This document shows, piece by piece, positions 26,715-36,765 of a stretch of DNA of 64,000 nt. The DNA is from Thermoanaerobaculia bacterium. GTDB taxonomy: Bacteria; Acidobacteriota; Thermoanaerobaculia; UBA5066. The notes under the pieces are model-generated. The model was not told where the DNA came from, did not search any database, and was given only the letters and a program-made list of their open reading frames with translations. Numbering within the stretch: the first letter of the stretch is position 1; each line of letters starts with the position of its first letter. Position numbers and translations under genes: made by a program. The stretch is taken from contig CAVRAY010000001.1 of NCBI GenBank assembly GCA_963719225.1, positions 3,744,001 to 3,808,000 on the forward strand. The letters run 5' to 3'.

Positions 26715-27497
26715 ATGCGCGAGATCGTGCGGCACGAGCCAGGCACTTTTTGCTGGCCGGAGCTCGCCACGACGGACGCCGCCTCCGCCAAGATGCTGTA
26801 CGGCAGCCTCTTCGGGTGGACGTTCGACGACCGGTCCGCGGAGTCCGAGCCGACGTATTCGATCGCGCGGCTGGCCGGCAGAGACGTGGCCGCGCTCTAC
26901 TCTCTCGCGCGCTCGCAGACGACGAACGGCGTTTCCCCCCACTGGAATTCGTACGCGGCCGTCGCGAGCGCGGACGAGAGCGCCTTGCGCGTGAAGGTTC
27001 TCGGCGGAACGATCTTCGGAGCGCCCTTCGACGTCGGGAAGAACGGACGCATGGTGATCGCGAAGGACCCTCAGGGCGCGACGCTGTGCCTCTGGGAGGC
27101 GCGCGCGCATCCGGGGGCGCAGATCGTCGGAGAGATCGGCTCCCTGTGCTGGACCGAGCTCGCGACGACCGACACGGTCGCCGCGGGCCACTTCTACGCG
27201 AGCCTCTTCGGGTGGGCGCTGAAGAAGCAGGAGACGGGCGCACGGGCCTACACGGAGCTGTGGAAGGGTCCGCGGCCCGCGGGCGGAATGATGGAGATCG
27301 ACAAGGATCGAGCTCCTGCCGAGCCCGCGTGGGACGTGTATTTCCGCGTGGCCGATTGCGACGCCGCCGTTTCGAAGGCGTTGACGCTGGGGGCGCGTCT
27401 CTGCCGGGAGCCGGTCGACGTCGAGAAGGTTGGCCGCTCCGCCTTCCTGAGGGACCGCGAGGGCGCGACGTTCGCGGTCATGGCGCTCGCGCCCTGA
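26715..27497 (+). CDS. VOC/glyoxalase-family protein (two repeats)
   Basis: Duplicated CW.ELATTD...FY.SLFGW and DPQGA / DREGA motifs. Confidence 0.88.
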   Translation: MREIVRHEPGTFCWPELATTDAASAKMLYGSLFGWTFDDRSAESEPTYSIARLAGRDVAALYSLARSQTTNGVSPHWNSYAAVASADESALRVKVLGGTIFGAPFDVGKNGRMVIAKDPQGATLCLWEARAHPGAQIVGEIGSLCWTELATTDTVAAGHFYASLFGWALKKQETGARAYTELWKGPRPAGGMMEIDKDRAPAEPAWDVYFRVADCDAAVSKALTLGARLCREPVDVEKVGRSAFLRDREGATFAVMALAP

Positions 27498-27500
27498 GCG

Positions 27501-29180
27501 TCATTTCGTCAGTTTCCGGTACTTGATCCGGTGCGGGCGGTCGGCCTCGGCGCCGAGCCTCTTGTGCCGGTCGGCTTCGTAGTCCTGATAGTTGCCCTCG
27601 TACCAGACGACCTTGCTGTCGCCCTCGAACGCGAGCATGTGCGTCGCGACGCGGTCGAGAAACCAGCGGTCGTGGCTGATCACGACCGCGCATCCGCCGA
27701 AAGCGAGGAGGGCTTCCTCGAGGGCGCGCAGGGTGTCGACGTCGAGGTCGTTCGTGGGCTCGTCGAGGAGCAGGAGGTTCCCTCCCCTCTTGAGCGTCCG
27801 CGCCAGGTGAAGGCGGTTCATCTCCCCGCCCGAGAGATTCGCGACGAGCTTCTGCTGATCGGCGCCCTTGAAGTTGTACATCGCGCAGAAGGCGCGGCTC
27901 GGCATCTCGCGCTTGCCGAGAAGAACGATGTCCTGCCCCTGCGAAAGCTCGTCGTGCACGGTCCTCTTCGCGTCGGGCTTCTCGCGGTTCTGGTCGACGT
28001 AGCTCGGGACGACCGTCTCGCCTACGTGGAGCTTTCCCGAATCCACCTTCTCGAGCCCCATGATCATCTTGAAGAGCGTCGTCTTTCCCGCGCCGTTCGG
28101 GCCGATGATCCCGACGATGCCGCCCTTGGGCAGGTCGAAGGCGAGGTCCTCGAAGAGCAGCGTGTCGCCGAAGGACTTCTTCACGCCTTCGGCCCGCACG
28201 ACGACGTCTCCGAGGCGCGGCCCCGGGGGAATGTAGATTTCGTTCGTCTCGCCGCGGGCTTCGACGCCGCTCTCGCTGACGAGCTGCTCGTACGCCAGAA
28301 GGCGTGCCTTGCTCTTCGCCTGGCGGGCACGGGGAGACATGCGCACCCACTCGAGCTCGCGCTTGAGCGTCCTCTGGCGCGCGCTCTCCGTCTTCTCCTC
28401 GATCTCGAGGCGGGCCTCCTTCTGCTCGAGCCACGAAGAGTAGTTTCCCTTCCAGGGGATACCCGCTCCGCGGTCGAGCTCGAGGATCCATCCCGCGACG
28501 TTGTCGAGGAAATAGCGGTCGTGCGTGACGGCCACGACCGTGCCGGGGAAGTCCTTGAGGAACTGCTCCAGCCACGCGACCGACTCGGCATCGAGGTGAT
28601 TCGTGGGCTCGTCGAGAAGGAGCATGTCGTTCCGCTCGAGGAGCAGCCGGCACAGCGCGACGCGCCGCCTCTCGCCGCCGGAGATCTTCGTCACGTCGGC
28701 GTCGGGCGGCGGACAGCGCAGCGCATCCATCGCGCTCTCGAGCGTCCGATCCAGCTCCCAGCCGTTGGCGGCCTCGATGGCGTCCTGCACCTTCCCGTAC
28801 TCGGCCATGACCTTGTCCATCTCGGCCTCGGGAAGACTCTCGCCCATCTTCTCGCCGAGCGCGTCGAAGCGCGCGAGCAGTTCCTTCACGGTCTTGACGC
28901 CGTCCTCCACGTTCTGGAGCACGGTCTTCTTCGGGTCGAGCTGGGGATCCTGCGAGAGATGGCCGATGCGCGTCCCTTCGGCCGGGGTGGCCTCTCCCGT
29001 GAATTCCTTGTCGAGGCCCGCCATGATGCGCAACATCGTCGACTTGCCGGCGCCATTGAGCCCGAGGACGCCGATCTTGGCCCCCGGAAAGAACGAGAGA
29101 TAGATGCCCCGGAGGATTTCCCGCTGCGGCGGGACGACTTTCCTCAGGTTCTGCATCGTGAAGATGTATTGCTCGGCCAT
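27501..29180 (-). CDS. ettA: Energy-dependent translational throttle protein (ABC-F)
   Basis: YIFTM, LSFFPGAKIGVLGLNGAGKST, two ABC domains, C-terminal PHRIKYRKL. Confidence 0.95.
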   Translation of the reverse strand: MAEQYIFTMQNLRKVVPPQREILRGIYLSFFPGAKIGVLGLNGAGKSTMLRIMAGLDKEFTGEATPAEGTRIGHLSQDPQLDPKKTVLQNVEDGVKTVKELLARFDALGEKMGESLPEAEMDKVMAEYGKVQDAIEAANGWELDRTLESAMDALRCPPPDADVTKISGGERRRVALCRLLLERNDMLLLDEPTNHLDAESVAWLEQFLKDFPGTVVAVTHDRYFLDNVAGWILELDRGAGIPWKGNYSSWLEQKEARLEIEEKTESARQRTLKRELEWVRMSPRARQAKSKARLLAYEQLVSESGVEARGETNEIYIPPGPRLGDVVVRAEGVKKSFGDTLLFEDLAFDLPKGGIVGIIGPNGAGKTTLFKMIMGLEKVDSGKLHVGETVVPSYVDQNREKPDAKRTVHDELSQGQDIVLLGKREMPSRAFCAMYNFKGADQQKLVANLSGGEMNRLHLARTLKRGGNLLLLDEPTNDLDVDTLRALEEALLAFGGCAVVISHDRWFLDRVATHMLAFEGDSKVVWYEGNYQDYEADRHKRLGAEADRPHRIKYRKLTK

Positions 29181-29236
29181 GAGGGCGGGAATGTAGCAGG
29201 AAGCAGGGATAGGATTCCGCCCACGGGAGGACACCC

Positions 29237-29479
29237 ATGTGGCTGATCGTGGAACTCGCCCTGTGTGCGCTCGCGGGTTGGGCGACCGGACAGATCATGA
29301 AGGGCGGTGGCTATGGTCTTCTCGCGGACATCCTGTTGGGAATCGCTGGAGGCTGGATCGGAGGTTTTCTGCTCGGCCGTTTCGTCGCGGGAGGCGGTCT
29401 GCTGGGCGAATTCCTCATCCGCCTCGTTGGAGCCGTCGTCCTCGTCGCGCTCGTGAGGTTCTTCAGTAGACGGATCTGA
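29237..29479 (+). CDS. GlsB/YeaQ/YmgE transglycosylase-associated membrane protein
   Basis: AGW.TGQIMKGGGYGLLADILLGIAGGWIGG. Confidence 0.85.
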   Translation: MWLIVELALCALAGWATGQIMKGGGYGLLADILLGIAGGWIGGFLLGRFVAGGGLLGEFLIRLVGAVVLVALVRFFSRRI

Positions 29480-29522
29480 CCCCGCGGAGCGGGAGCGCTT
29501 TGGAATCCCGCGATAAACTCCC

Positions 29523-29552
29523 TTGCACTTAGTTTAGACTTAGTCTAGATTA
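29523..29552 (+). promoter_or_regulatory. Sigma70 promoter of dps with overlapping palindromic operator
   Basis: -35 TTGCAC (29523-28), 17 bp spacer, -10 TAGATT (29546-51); imperfect 11-1-11 palindrome TAGTTTAGACTTAGTCTAGATTA (29530-52). Confidence 0.7.
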
Positions 29553-29570
29553 TGTCCAAGGAGGGTTTCC

Positions 29571-30065
29571 ATGGCCAAGAAAGGCAAGAACAAAAAAGGC
29601 ACGAAGGACGTCGCGGGAGTCGTCGCGAGTCTTCAAAGGCAGCAGGCGAACGCGCTCGTCGCTTACCTCAACTACAAGAAGTATCACTGGCTGAGCTACG
29701 GGCCGCTCTTCCGCGACATCCACCTGCTGCTCGACGAGCAGGCGGCGCAGGTGTACGCCACGATCGACGAGTTCGCCGAGCGCGCCATCATGATCGGCGG
29801 CGCGCCGCTGGGCGACCCGGCCGACTATCTTCCGAATTCGAGCGTGAAGGCCTCGAAAGGCAGGCTTTCCCTCGACGAGATGATCGCGGAGGCGCGTGCC
29901 ACGCTCGACCTCGTGATCGAGGAGATGCACGTGGACACCCAGGTCGCGACCGAGGCCGGCGACATCGGCACGGCCGACCTCTACACGCGCCTCGTCCAGA
30001 CCCACCAGAAGAACCGCTGGTTCCTGAACGAGATCCTGCGGAAGAAGGACGGCCTCACGAGCTGA
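29571..30065 (+). CDS. dps: Dps (DNA-binding ferritin-like protein)
   Basis: KKYHW..YGPLFRDIHLLLDE, IDEFAER, GDIGTADL, HQKNRWFL; Lys-rich N-terminal tail. Confidence 0.93.
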   Translation: MAKKGKNKKGTKDVAGVVASLQRQQANALVAYLNYKKYHWLSYGPLFRDIHLLLDEQAAQVYATIDEFAERAIMIGGAPLGDPADYLPNSSVKASKGRLSLDEMIAEARATLDLVIEEMHVDTQVATEAGDIGTADLYTRLVQTHQKNRWFLNEILRKKDGLTS

Positions 30066-30113
30066 GCGAGCCGACGGCGCGGGAGCACAGCGAGTCCCCG
30101 ATAGACTCCCGGG

Positions 30114-32219
30114 ATGACCACTCGCTTCCGCGCTTCCCTGCTCCTTCTCTTTCTCGCGTCCGCCGCGCCCGCGGCGGAGTCCCGCCGCGCGTTCACGCTC
30201 GAGGACCTCTATCGCGTCAAGAGCGTCGGCGAGCCGGCGATCTCCCCGGACGGCAAGACCGTCGTTTACAGCGTGGCCACGAACGACTGGGCCACGAAGA
30301 AGAAGACCGTCGCCCTTTGGCGCATCGACGCCGACGGGAAGAATGCCCGCCCTCTCACGTTCCCGAGCGCGCTCGACGAGCATCCCTTCTTCTCGCCCGA
30401 CGGTCGGACGCTCGCGTTCGTCTCGACGCGCGCCGGCGACCCGCAGGTCTACTTCCTGCCTCTCGAAGGCGGCGAGCCCGAGCAGAAGACGTCCTTCCCC
30501 GGCAGTGTCACGAATCCCGCGTTCTCGAACGACGGACGGCTCCTCGTCTTTTCCGCGGACGTCTTTCCCGCGTGCGGGGCGGATGCCACATGCAACCGCA
30601 AGGGCACCGAGGCCCGCGAGAAGAACAAGCTGAAGGCGCATCTGTCCGACACGCTCCTCTTCCGGCACTGGACGGAATGGAGGGAGGGCAAGCGCGCGCA
30701 CGTCCTCGTTCTCGACCTTCGCGAGGCGGACCCGCAGAAGGCCCTGCGCGACCTCACGCCCGGCGATTTCGAATCACCTGTCTTCATGCTCGGCGGCGGT
30801 CACGGGTTCGACCTCTCCCCCGAGGGAATCGAGCTCGCGTTCTCCTCGAACCGCGACGCCGACCCCGCTCTTTCGACGAACGCCGACATCTTCACGGTCC
30901 CGGTCGCCGGCGCCGCCGGAGCGCCCGGGCCGCCGAAGAACCTCACGGCGACGAATTCGGGCTACGACGGCTCGCCACGGTATTCGCCGGACGGCCGCTT
31001 TCTCGCGTTCCTGAGGCAGACGACGCCGCGCTACGAAGCCGACCGCCTGAGGCTGATGCTCCTCGACCGGAAATCGGGGGCCCTTCGCGACCTGACTCCG
31101 TCCTTCGACGACACGCTTCGGGACTTTCTGTTTTCCAGGGACGGCTCGCGGATCTTCTTCACGGCCGACGTGAAAGGCCGTACGCCGCTCTACGAGGTGG
31201 AAGTTGCGACCGGTGCGATCCGCGCGGTCTCCTCGGTCGGCACGCTCGATGCCGCGGCGATCGCCCCGGACGGGACATGGGCGGCCGTGGCGCGCCGGCG
31301 GATCGGAAGCCCGCTCGAGCTGTATCGGCTTTCACTCGGAAAGGGAGCGGACGAGGCGGGAAAAAAGCTCACGACGCACAACGCCTCCCTCGAGGAGGAA
31401 GTGGACTTCCGCCCGGGCGAGGAGATGACCGTCGCGGGCGCCGACGGCAAACCCGTTCAGGTCTTCCTCGTGAAGCCCCACGGCTTCGATCCGGCGAAAA
31501 AGTACCCGCTCATCCTGAACATCCACGGCGGGCCTCAGCAGCAGTGGACGGATGCGTACCGCGGGGACTGGCAGGTGTACCCGGGGGCCGGATACGTCGT
31601 GGCTTTCCCGAATCCGCACGGCTCGACGGGATTCGGGCAGGCGTACACATCCGCCATCTCCGGCGACTGGAACGGCAAGGTCATGATCGACATCGAGAAG
31701 GTCGCCGATGCGCTCGAAAAGCTGCCGTACGTCGACAAGAACCGCATGGGCGCGATGGGCTGGTCATGGGGCGGCTACGCAATGATGTGGCTCGAGGGGC
31801 ACACCACGCGGTTCAAGGCGCTCGCCGCGATGATGGGCGTCTACGACCTCCGCGCGATGCACTCGTCGACGGAAGAGGTCTGGTTTCCGGCGTGGGACCT
31901 CAAGGGCGCACCGTGGGAGAACGCCGCTCTCTACAAGGGCCAGAGCCCGTCGGAATACGTGCCGGCGTTCCGGACGCCCTGCCTCGTCATCACGGGCGAG
32001 AAGGACTTCCGGGTGCCCTACACGCAGTCGCTCGAGTTCTTCACAGACCTCCAGAGGCGGGGCATCCCGTCGCGTCTCATCGTCTTCGAGAAGGCCGGCC
32101 ACTGGCCGAGCGCGTTCGAGATGGGCCTTTACTACGCGGCGCACCTGGACTGGTTTCACCGCTTCCTCGGCGGCGCCGCCTCGCCCTGGAAGCCCGAAGA
32201 CCTCGTGTCGGGAAAGTAG
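30114..32219 (+). CDS. S9-family serine peptidase with PD40/TolB-like propeller
   Basis: Signal peptide, SPDG repeats, IHGGP, GWSWGGY, GEKDFRVP, AGHW. Confidence 0.92.
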   Translation: MTTRFRASLLLLFLASAAPAAESRRAFTLEDLYRVKSVGEPAISPDGKTVVYSVATNDWATKKKTVALWRIDADGKNARPLTFPSALDEHPFFSPDGRTLAFVSTRAGDPQVYFLPLEGGEPEQKTSFPGSVTNPAFSNDGRLLVFSADVFPACGADATCNRKGTEAREKNKLKAHLSDTLLFRHWTEWREGKRAHVLVLDLREADPQKALRDLTPGDFESPVFMLGGGHGFDLSPEGIELAFSSNRDADPALSTNADIFTVPVAGAAGAPGPPKNLTATNSGYDGSPRYSPDGRFLAFLRQTTPRYEADRLRLMLLDRKSGALRDLTPSFDDTLRDFLFSRDGSRIFFTADVKGRTPLYEVEVATGAIRAVSSVGTLDAAAIAPDGTWAAVARRRIGSPLELYRLSLGKGADEAGKKLTTHNASLEEEVDFRPGEEMTVAGADGKPVQVFLVKPHGFDPAKKYPLILNIHGGPQQQWTDAYRGDWQVYPGAGYVVAFPNPHGSTGFGQAYTSAISGDWNGKVMIDIEKVADALEKLPYVDKNRMGAMGWSWGGYAMMWLEGHTTRFKALAAMMGVYDLRAMHSSTEEVWFPAWDLKGAPWENAALYKGQSPSEYVPAFRTPCLVITGEKDFRVPYTQSLEFFTDLQRRGIPSRLIVFEKAGHWPSAFEMGLYYAAHLDWFHRFLGGAASPWKPEDLVSGK

Positions 32220-32233
32220 AGAGGACCTGCTCC

Positions 32234-33490
32234 GTGTTCTCGCGCCGGACGCCCGCGTCCCACGAGCCGAACCGCCTGTCACGGGCGGTCGCGGCCCGCA
32301 CGCGGGAGTTCCTCGACCTCACGGTGACGAACCCGACCTCCGTCGCTCTTCGCTCCGGCGAGGCCGACGCGTTCGACGGCGCCGCCTCCGGCCGCGACGC
32401 GCGCGTCCTCGCCGCCCTCGCCGACGCGAGGGGTCTCGTCTACACGCCCGATCCGAGAGGGATCCTCTCGGCGCGAATGGCCGTGAGCAACTATTACGCG
32501 GCGGTGCACGGGGTGCTCGTGCCTCCGGGCCAGATCGTCCTGGCGGCGTCTTCGAGCGAAGCTTACGGCTGGCTCTTCAAGCTCGTCGGGGATCCGGGCG
32601 ACGTCGTCCTCGTGCCCGCTCCCTCGTATCCCCTTCTCGACGCCCTCACGGAGCTGGAGTGCCTCACGCTCCAGCGCTACGCGCTCGCGTCGGAGGACGG
32701 CTTCGCGTTTCATGCGGCCGCCGTCGAGGCGGAAGTGCAGCGCGTCGAAGCCGCCGGCCGCCGCGTCGCGGCCGTGGTCCTCGTGAACCCGAACAACCCC
32801 ACCGGAACGTCTCTGGCGGGACCGGAGCTCGTCGCGCTCTTCGCGCTCGCGAAAGAGCGCCGGTTCGTCGTGATCTCGGACGAGGTCTTCGTCGATTTCC
32901 GCTATTCGGACCGGCCCGGGGACGTCCGGATCGCGGCTGCGGCGGCGGGCGCGGACGGAGCGCTCGTCTTCTCGCTCGGAGGGCTTTCCAAGTCGGCGGC
33001 CCTCCCGCAGCTCAAGCTCGGGTGGATCTTCGCGAACGGTCCCGCCGGTCTTCTCGACGACGCGCTCGAGCGACTCGAGTGGATCGCGGATGCGTACCTC
33101 TCCGTCTCGACGCCCGTGCAGCTCGCGCTTCCGAAGCTCCTCGGGCACGCGCGCGGCACGGCCGACGCCATCTGGGCGCGCGTTCTCCACAACGAGCGGA
33201 CGCTGAGGGCGACCTTCCCCGAAGGTGGGCCCGTGACCGTTCTCCCCGTTCCGGCGGGGTGGACGGCGTGCCTGCGCGTGCCCGCCCTCCGCCCCGAGGA
33301 GGAGCTCGTCCTCGACCTCCTCGAAACGCACGACGTTCTCGTGCAGCCCGGCTATTTCTTCGAGTTTCCCTTCGAGTCATTTCTCGTCGTGAGTCTCCTG
33401 CCCGCACCGCAGACCTTCCGGGAGGGAATCGCCCGCCTCGCCAAAGCCCTGACGATTCACGCTCGAGCTCTTGGCCCGCGCTTTGCGTGA
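32234..33490 (+). CDS. PLP-dependent aminotransferase class I/II
   Basis: DLTVTNPT, VNPNNPTG, ISDEVF, GLSKSAALPQLKLGW, PGYFF. Confidence 0.88.
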   Translation: MFSRRTPASHEPNRLSRAVAARTREFLDLTVTNPTSVALRSGEADAFDGAASGRDARVLAALADARGLVYTPDPRGILSARMAVSNYYAAVHGVLVPPGQIVLAASSSEAYGWLFKLVGDPGDVVLVPAPSYPLLDALTELECLTLQRYALASEDGFAFHAAAVEAEVQRVEAAGRRVAAVVLVNPNNPTGTSLAGPELVALFALAKERRFVVISDEVFVDFRYSDRPGDVRIAAAAAGADGALVFSLGGLSKSAALPQLKLGWIFANGPAGLLDDALERLEWIADAYLSVSTPVQLALPKLLGHARGTADAIWARVLHNERTLRATFPEGGPVTVLPVPAGWTACLRVPALRPEEELVLDLLETHDVLVQPGYFFEFPFESFLVVSLLPAPQTFREGIARLAKALTIHARALGPRFA

Positions 33491-33498
33491 TTCTGCAC

Positions 33499-33882
33499 AT
33501 GCGAAATACCAGGAATTTCCTTCTTTCAACCGCCATCGCCGTACTCGCGGCTGGAGCTCCCCTTGCAGGCCCCGCTGCCGCTCAACCCGTGCCTCCTCCT
33601 CCGCCGGGATTGCCGGCTCCGGGCGACCTGCACGTCCGCATCATCGGCGTCCCGAGACCGGCACTCCGCCACGAGGTCCGCGTCGCGCGACCGGGCCCGC
33701 ACCACGTCTGGGTGGGCGGGTACTGGCATCCCACGGGCACGGAGTGGACCTGGAATGAAGGCCGCTGGATCGAGCCTCCGCGGCGTCACGTCCACTGGGT
33801 CGCGCCCCGTTACCAGAAAGTGAGGGGCGGCTGGCGCTACGTGCCAGGGCACTGGTCCCACGAACGCGTGATCTACAACTGA
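33499..33882 (+). CDS. YXWGXW-repeat secreted protein
   Basis: Signal peptide, HVWVGGYW, WNEGRW, HWVAPRY, YVPGHW. Confidence 0.8.
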   Translation: MRNTRNFLLSTAIAVLAAGAPLAGPAAAQPVPPPPPGLPAPGDLHVRIIGVPRPALRHEVRVARPGPHHVWVGGYWHPTGTEWTWNEGRWIEPPRRHVHWVAPRYQKVRGGWRYVPGHWSHERVIYN

Positions 33883-33932
33883 TCAGCGCCGTCTTCGCGG
33901 CGGCGGGAGGATGAGCCCGGGTGACTTCGGCG

Positions 33933-34190
33933 TCACGGTCTTCGCGCGCGGCGCCGTTCCGGAGCGTGCGTACCGATGGACGAACTCAGGCGGCGCTCGC
34001 GCCGAAGATAGCGCCGCGGGATCGGTTCGAAGACCTCGCCCTTTTTCACGAGCTCGCGAACGAGCTCCTGAACGCGGTCCCGGTCCGCCCGGACCGCCTC
34101 GGCGATCATCCCGACGCTTCGAAGGAGGTCTCCTTCCACGCTCGTTTCGAGGTAGCGGACGATCTTTACGCGCAGAGCGGTCTCTCCCAT
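33933..34190 (-). CDS. Small hypothetical protein, possibly winged-helix
   Basis: AAGGAG SD; KIVRYL...VGMIAEAV..DRDRVQELVRELVKKGEV pattern; follows the upstream hydrolase on the same strand. Confidence 0.45.
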   Translation of the reverse strand: MGETALRVKIVRYLETSVEGDLLRSVGMIAEAVRADRDRVQELVRELVKKGEVFEPIPRRYLRRERRLSSSIGTHAPERRRARRP

Positions 34191-34204
34191 CGATTCTCCT
34201 TCCT

Positions 34205-35278
34205 TCATCTCTTCGACCTGACGAGGAGCTCATTGAGATACGTCTTCCACAAATCCGCCCAGGTGTGCGTCTGGTGGCCGTGGGTCTTTTCCGACAGTGG
34301 AAAGACGACGGCCTGGGCGTTCTTCACACGCGCGACTCCTTTTTCGAGGAGGCCGAGCTCGGGAGGGTTGATCGCGTCGTCGGCGAAGTTGAGCGCGAGA
34401 AGCGGCGCCTGGATCTTCTCGAGGCGCGGTGACGGGTCGTAGTCGCGCGACGCATCGAGAGCGAACAGGAGGTCGTTCGCATCGGTTCTCGAAAGGCGAT
34501 CCGCCAGATACGCCTCGACGGCCGCGTCGGCGCTGACACGGTCGGGGGCCTGCCGCATCCACTCGTGGGGGCTTCCCGAGAGAACGAGCATGAGCGCGAG
34601 CGCGCCCTTGAGGCCGCGGGGCTGTGCCGTGTAGGCGCCGCCCTTCCAGTCGGGATCCTCGCGGATCAGGTCCATCGCCATCTTTCGCCACATCCGGTTT
34701 CGGCCGGCGATGGCGTTCGGGAGGCTCGCGAGCGGCATCAGAGCGTCCATGAAGTCGGGATATGTCTCGCCCCAGAGCCAGGTCTGCATTCCGCCCATCG
34801 AGGTGCCGATCACGAGGCGCAGGTGGGACACGCCAAGACTCTCCGTCAGCAGCCGGTGCTGGGCCTTTACCATGTCGTCGTACGAGTACCGCGGGAATCT
34901 CGCCTTCAGTCCGTCGCTCGGTTTCGAGGAAGCGCCGTGGCCCACGCTGTCCGGAATGACGATGAAGTTACGGGACGCGTCGAGCGGCTGTCCCGGCCCG
35001 AAGAGGACACCGGCGAATCTCGGAGCGAGAAACTGGGCCGAGGAGCCGCCGGTTCCGTGCAGCACGAGAACGGCGTTCGTCGTGCGACCACGGCCGTCGT
35101 CGAGCTTCCGGCCCAGCGTGACGTAATGCATCTTCAGCTCCGGAAGGGAGTCGCCTCTCGCGAACACGAAATCGCGGAGGATGGCATCGCCGTGCACTGG
35201 AGCGGGCGGAACGATCTGGGCGCGGGCCGTGAGCGTCATGGCGACCGCAAGCCCGCAGGCACCCGCACGCGTCCTCAT
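34205..35278 (-). CDS. Secreted homoserine O-acetyltransferase-like alpha/beta hydrolase
   Basis: NAVLVLHGTGG, GHGASSKPSDG, GTSMGGM, DANDLL, DDAINPPELG, THGHQTH. Confidence 0.85.
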   Translation of the reverse strand: MRTRAGACGLAVAMTLTARAQIVPPAPVHGDAILRDFVFARGDSLPELKMHYVTLGRKLDDGRGRTTNAVLVLHGTGGSSAQFLAPRFAGVLFGPGQPLDASRNFIVIPDSVGHGASSKPSDGLKARFPRYSYDDMVKAQHRLLTESLGVSHLRLVIGTSMGGMQTWLWGETYPDFMDALMPLASLPNAIAGRNRMWRKMAMDLIREDPDWKGGAYTAQPRGLKGALALMLVLSGSPHEWMRQAPDRVSADAAVEAYLADRLSRTDANDLLFALDASRDYDPSPRLEKIQAPLLALNFADDAINPPELGLLEKGVARVKNAQAVVFPLSEKTHGHQTHTWADLWKTYLNELLVRSKR

Positions 35279-35332
35279 GACCCGATTAGACCGCGACTCG
35301 GGCCCTCTGACACAATCGCCCCTTCCCGAAAC

Positions 35333-36751
35333 ATGCAGGCCACGGTCTCCCTTCCGGTTTGGGTCGTCGTTCTCCTCGCCGCCCTCGCGGCCTGGGCGGT
35401 CCTCGACCGGCTCCTGAGGCCCGCTCTCCGCGCGGTTCTGCGCCGCCGCGCGAACCGCGTCATCGACGACCTGAACACGCGCCTCCCGCTGCGCATTCCT
35501 TCCTTCAAGCTCACGAAGCGCGAGGTCCTCGTGGACCAGCTTCGCTTCGACCCGAAGGTTCTCGAGGCCGCCGAGGCCTATGCCCGCGAGACGGGCACGC
35601 CGCGAGAGGTCGTGCAGAAACGCGTCGCCCGTGACGCGACGGAGATCGTCCCCGCCTTCAACGCCTGGATCTATTTCCGCGCGGGGTATGCGGCGGCCCG
35701 GGCGCTCGCGCGGACGCTCTATCGCGTGCGCATCGGCTCGGCCGACGACGCGGGCCTCGCGGCGATTCCCGACGGTTCGGCGGTGGTCTTCGTCATGAAC
35801 CACCGAAGCAACATGGATTACATCCTCCTCTCGTATCTCGCGGCCGAGCGTACGGCCCTGAGCTATGCGGTCGGGGAGTGGGCGCGGATCTGGCCGGTCC
35901 AGAGCCTCGTGCGCGCCACCGGCGCCTACTTCGTTCGACGCGACGCGAACGATCCCCTCTACCGGCGCGTCCTCGAGCGCTATGTCGCGATGGCGACCGC
36001 GCACGGCGTTCCGCAGGCCGTGTATCCGGAAGGCGGGCTCTCGCGCGACGGCGCGCTCCGCCCGCCGAAGCTCGGCCTCCTCGATTACATGATCCGCGGC
36101 TTCGATCCGACCGGGACCCGGGACCTCGTCTTCGTCCCGGTCGGCGTCAATTACGACCGCGTCCTCGAGGACCGCACCCTTCTCCTGGACCGTTCGCCCG
36201 CCCAGGGCCGGGCGACGGCGCTCCAGACGATCGGGGGAACGTTGCGCTTCGTCGGGAAGAACCTCCGCCTGCTCGTGATGAACGACTGGCACCGCTTCGG
36301 CTACGCCTGCGTCAGCTTTGGAACTCCCGTTTCGACGAAAGCCTGGCTCGCGTCGAAATCTTTCGACCTTCCGCGCGCCTCCCGCGACGAGCGCTTCGCC
36401 GCCGTTCAGGAGCTCGCGGCGGAATTGATGGCGCGGATCGCGCGCATCATTCCCGTCCTGCCCGTTTCCCTGGTCTCTGCGGTCTTCACGGCGGATCCCG
36501 GCCGCGCCCAGAGCGAGATCGAGCTCAAGGCCGAAGTCCTCGCCCGCTGGCGAAAGCTGGAGGAGGCGGGCGCGCACGTCTACGTCCCGCGCGGCGATCA
36601 GGACTACGCCGTCACGTTCGGGCTCAGGACCCTGCTTCAGCGTCACCTCGTGACCCGAGAGAACGGACTTTTCCAGGTGGTTCCCAGCGAGCTGCCTCTC
36701 CTGCGCTACTACGCGAACGCCCTCGCGCCTATTGACCAACCCCGCCCTTAG
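35333..36751 (+). CDS. Glycerol-3-phosphate/1-acyl-G3P acyltransferase (PlsB/PlsC-like)
   Basis: NHRSNMD (HX4D), GAYFVRR, YPEGGLSRDG, PKLGLL, PVGVNYDRV. Confidence 0.88.
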   Translation: MQATVSLPVWVVVLLAALAAWAVLDRLLRPALRAVLRRRANRVIDDLNTRLPLRIPSFKLTKREVLVDQLRFDPKVLEAAEAYARETGTPREVVQKRVARDATEIVPAFNAWIYFRAGYAAARALARTLYRVRIGSADDAGLAAIPDGSAVVFVMNHRSNMDYILLSYLAAERTALSYAVGEWARIWPVQSLVRATGAYFVRRDANDPLYRRVLERYVAMATAHGVPQAVYPEGGLSRDGALRPPKLGLLDYMIRGFDPTGTRDLVFVPVGVNYDRVLEDRTLLLDRSPAQGRATALQTIGGTLRFVGKNLRLLVMNDWHRFGYACVSFGTPVSTKAWLASKSFDLPRASRDERFAAVQELAAELMARIARIIPVLPVSLVSAVFTADPGRAQSEIELKAEVLARWRKLEEAGAHVYVPRGDQDYAVTFGLRTLLQRHLVTRENGLFQVVPSELPLLRYYANALAPIDQPRP

Positions 36752-36765
36752 GTCCAGATTGCGCT

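Noticed and set aside
33351-33380. TATTTCTTCGAG, similar to the dispersed motif
   Set aside because: It encodes the conserved PGYFF motif of the aminotransferase and lacks the flanking consensus. Similar weak hits at ~52310, ~56365 and ~60820 were also not counted.
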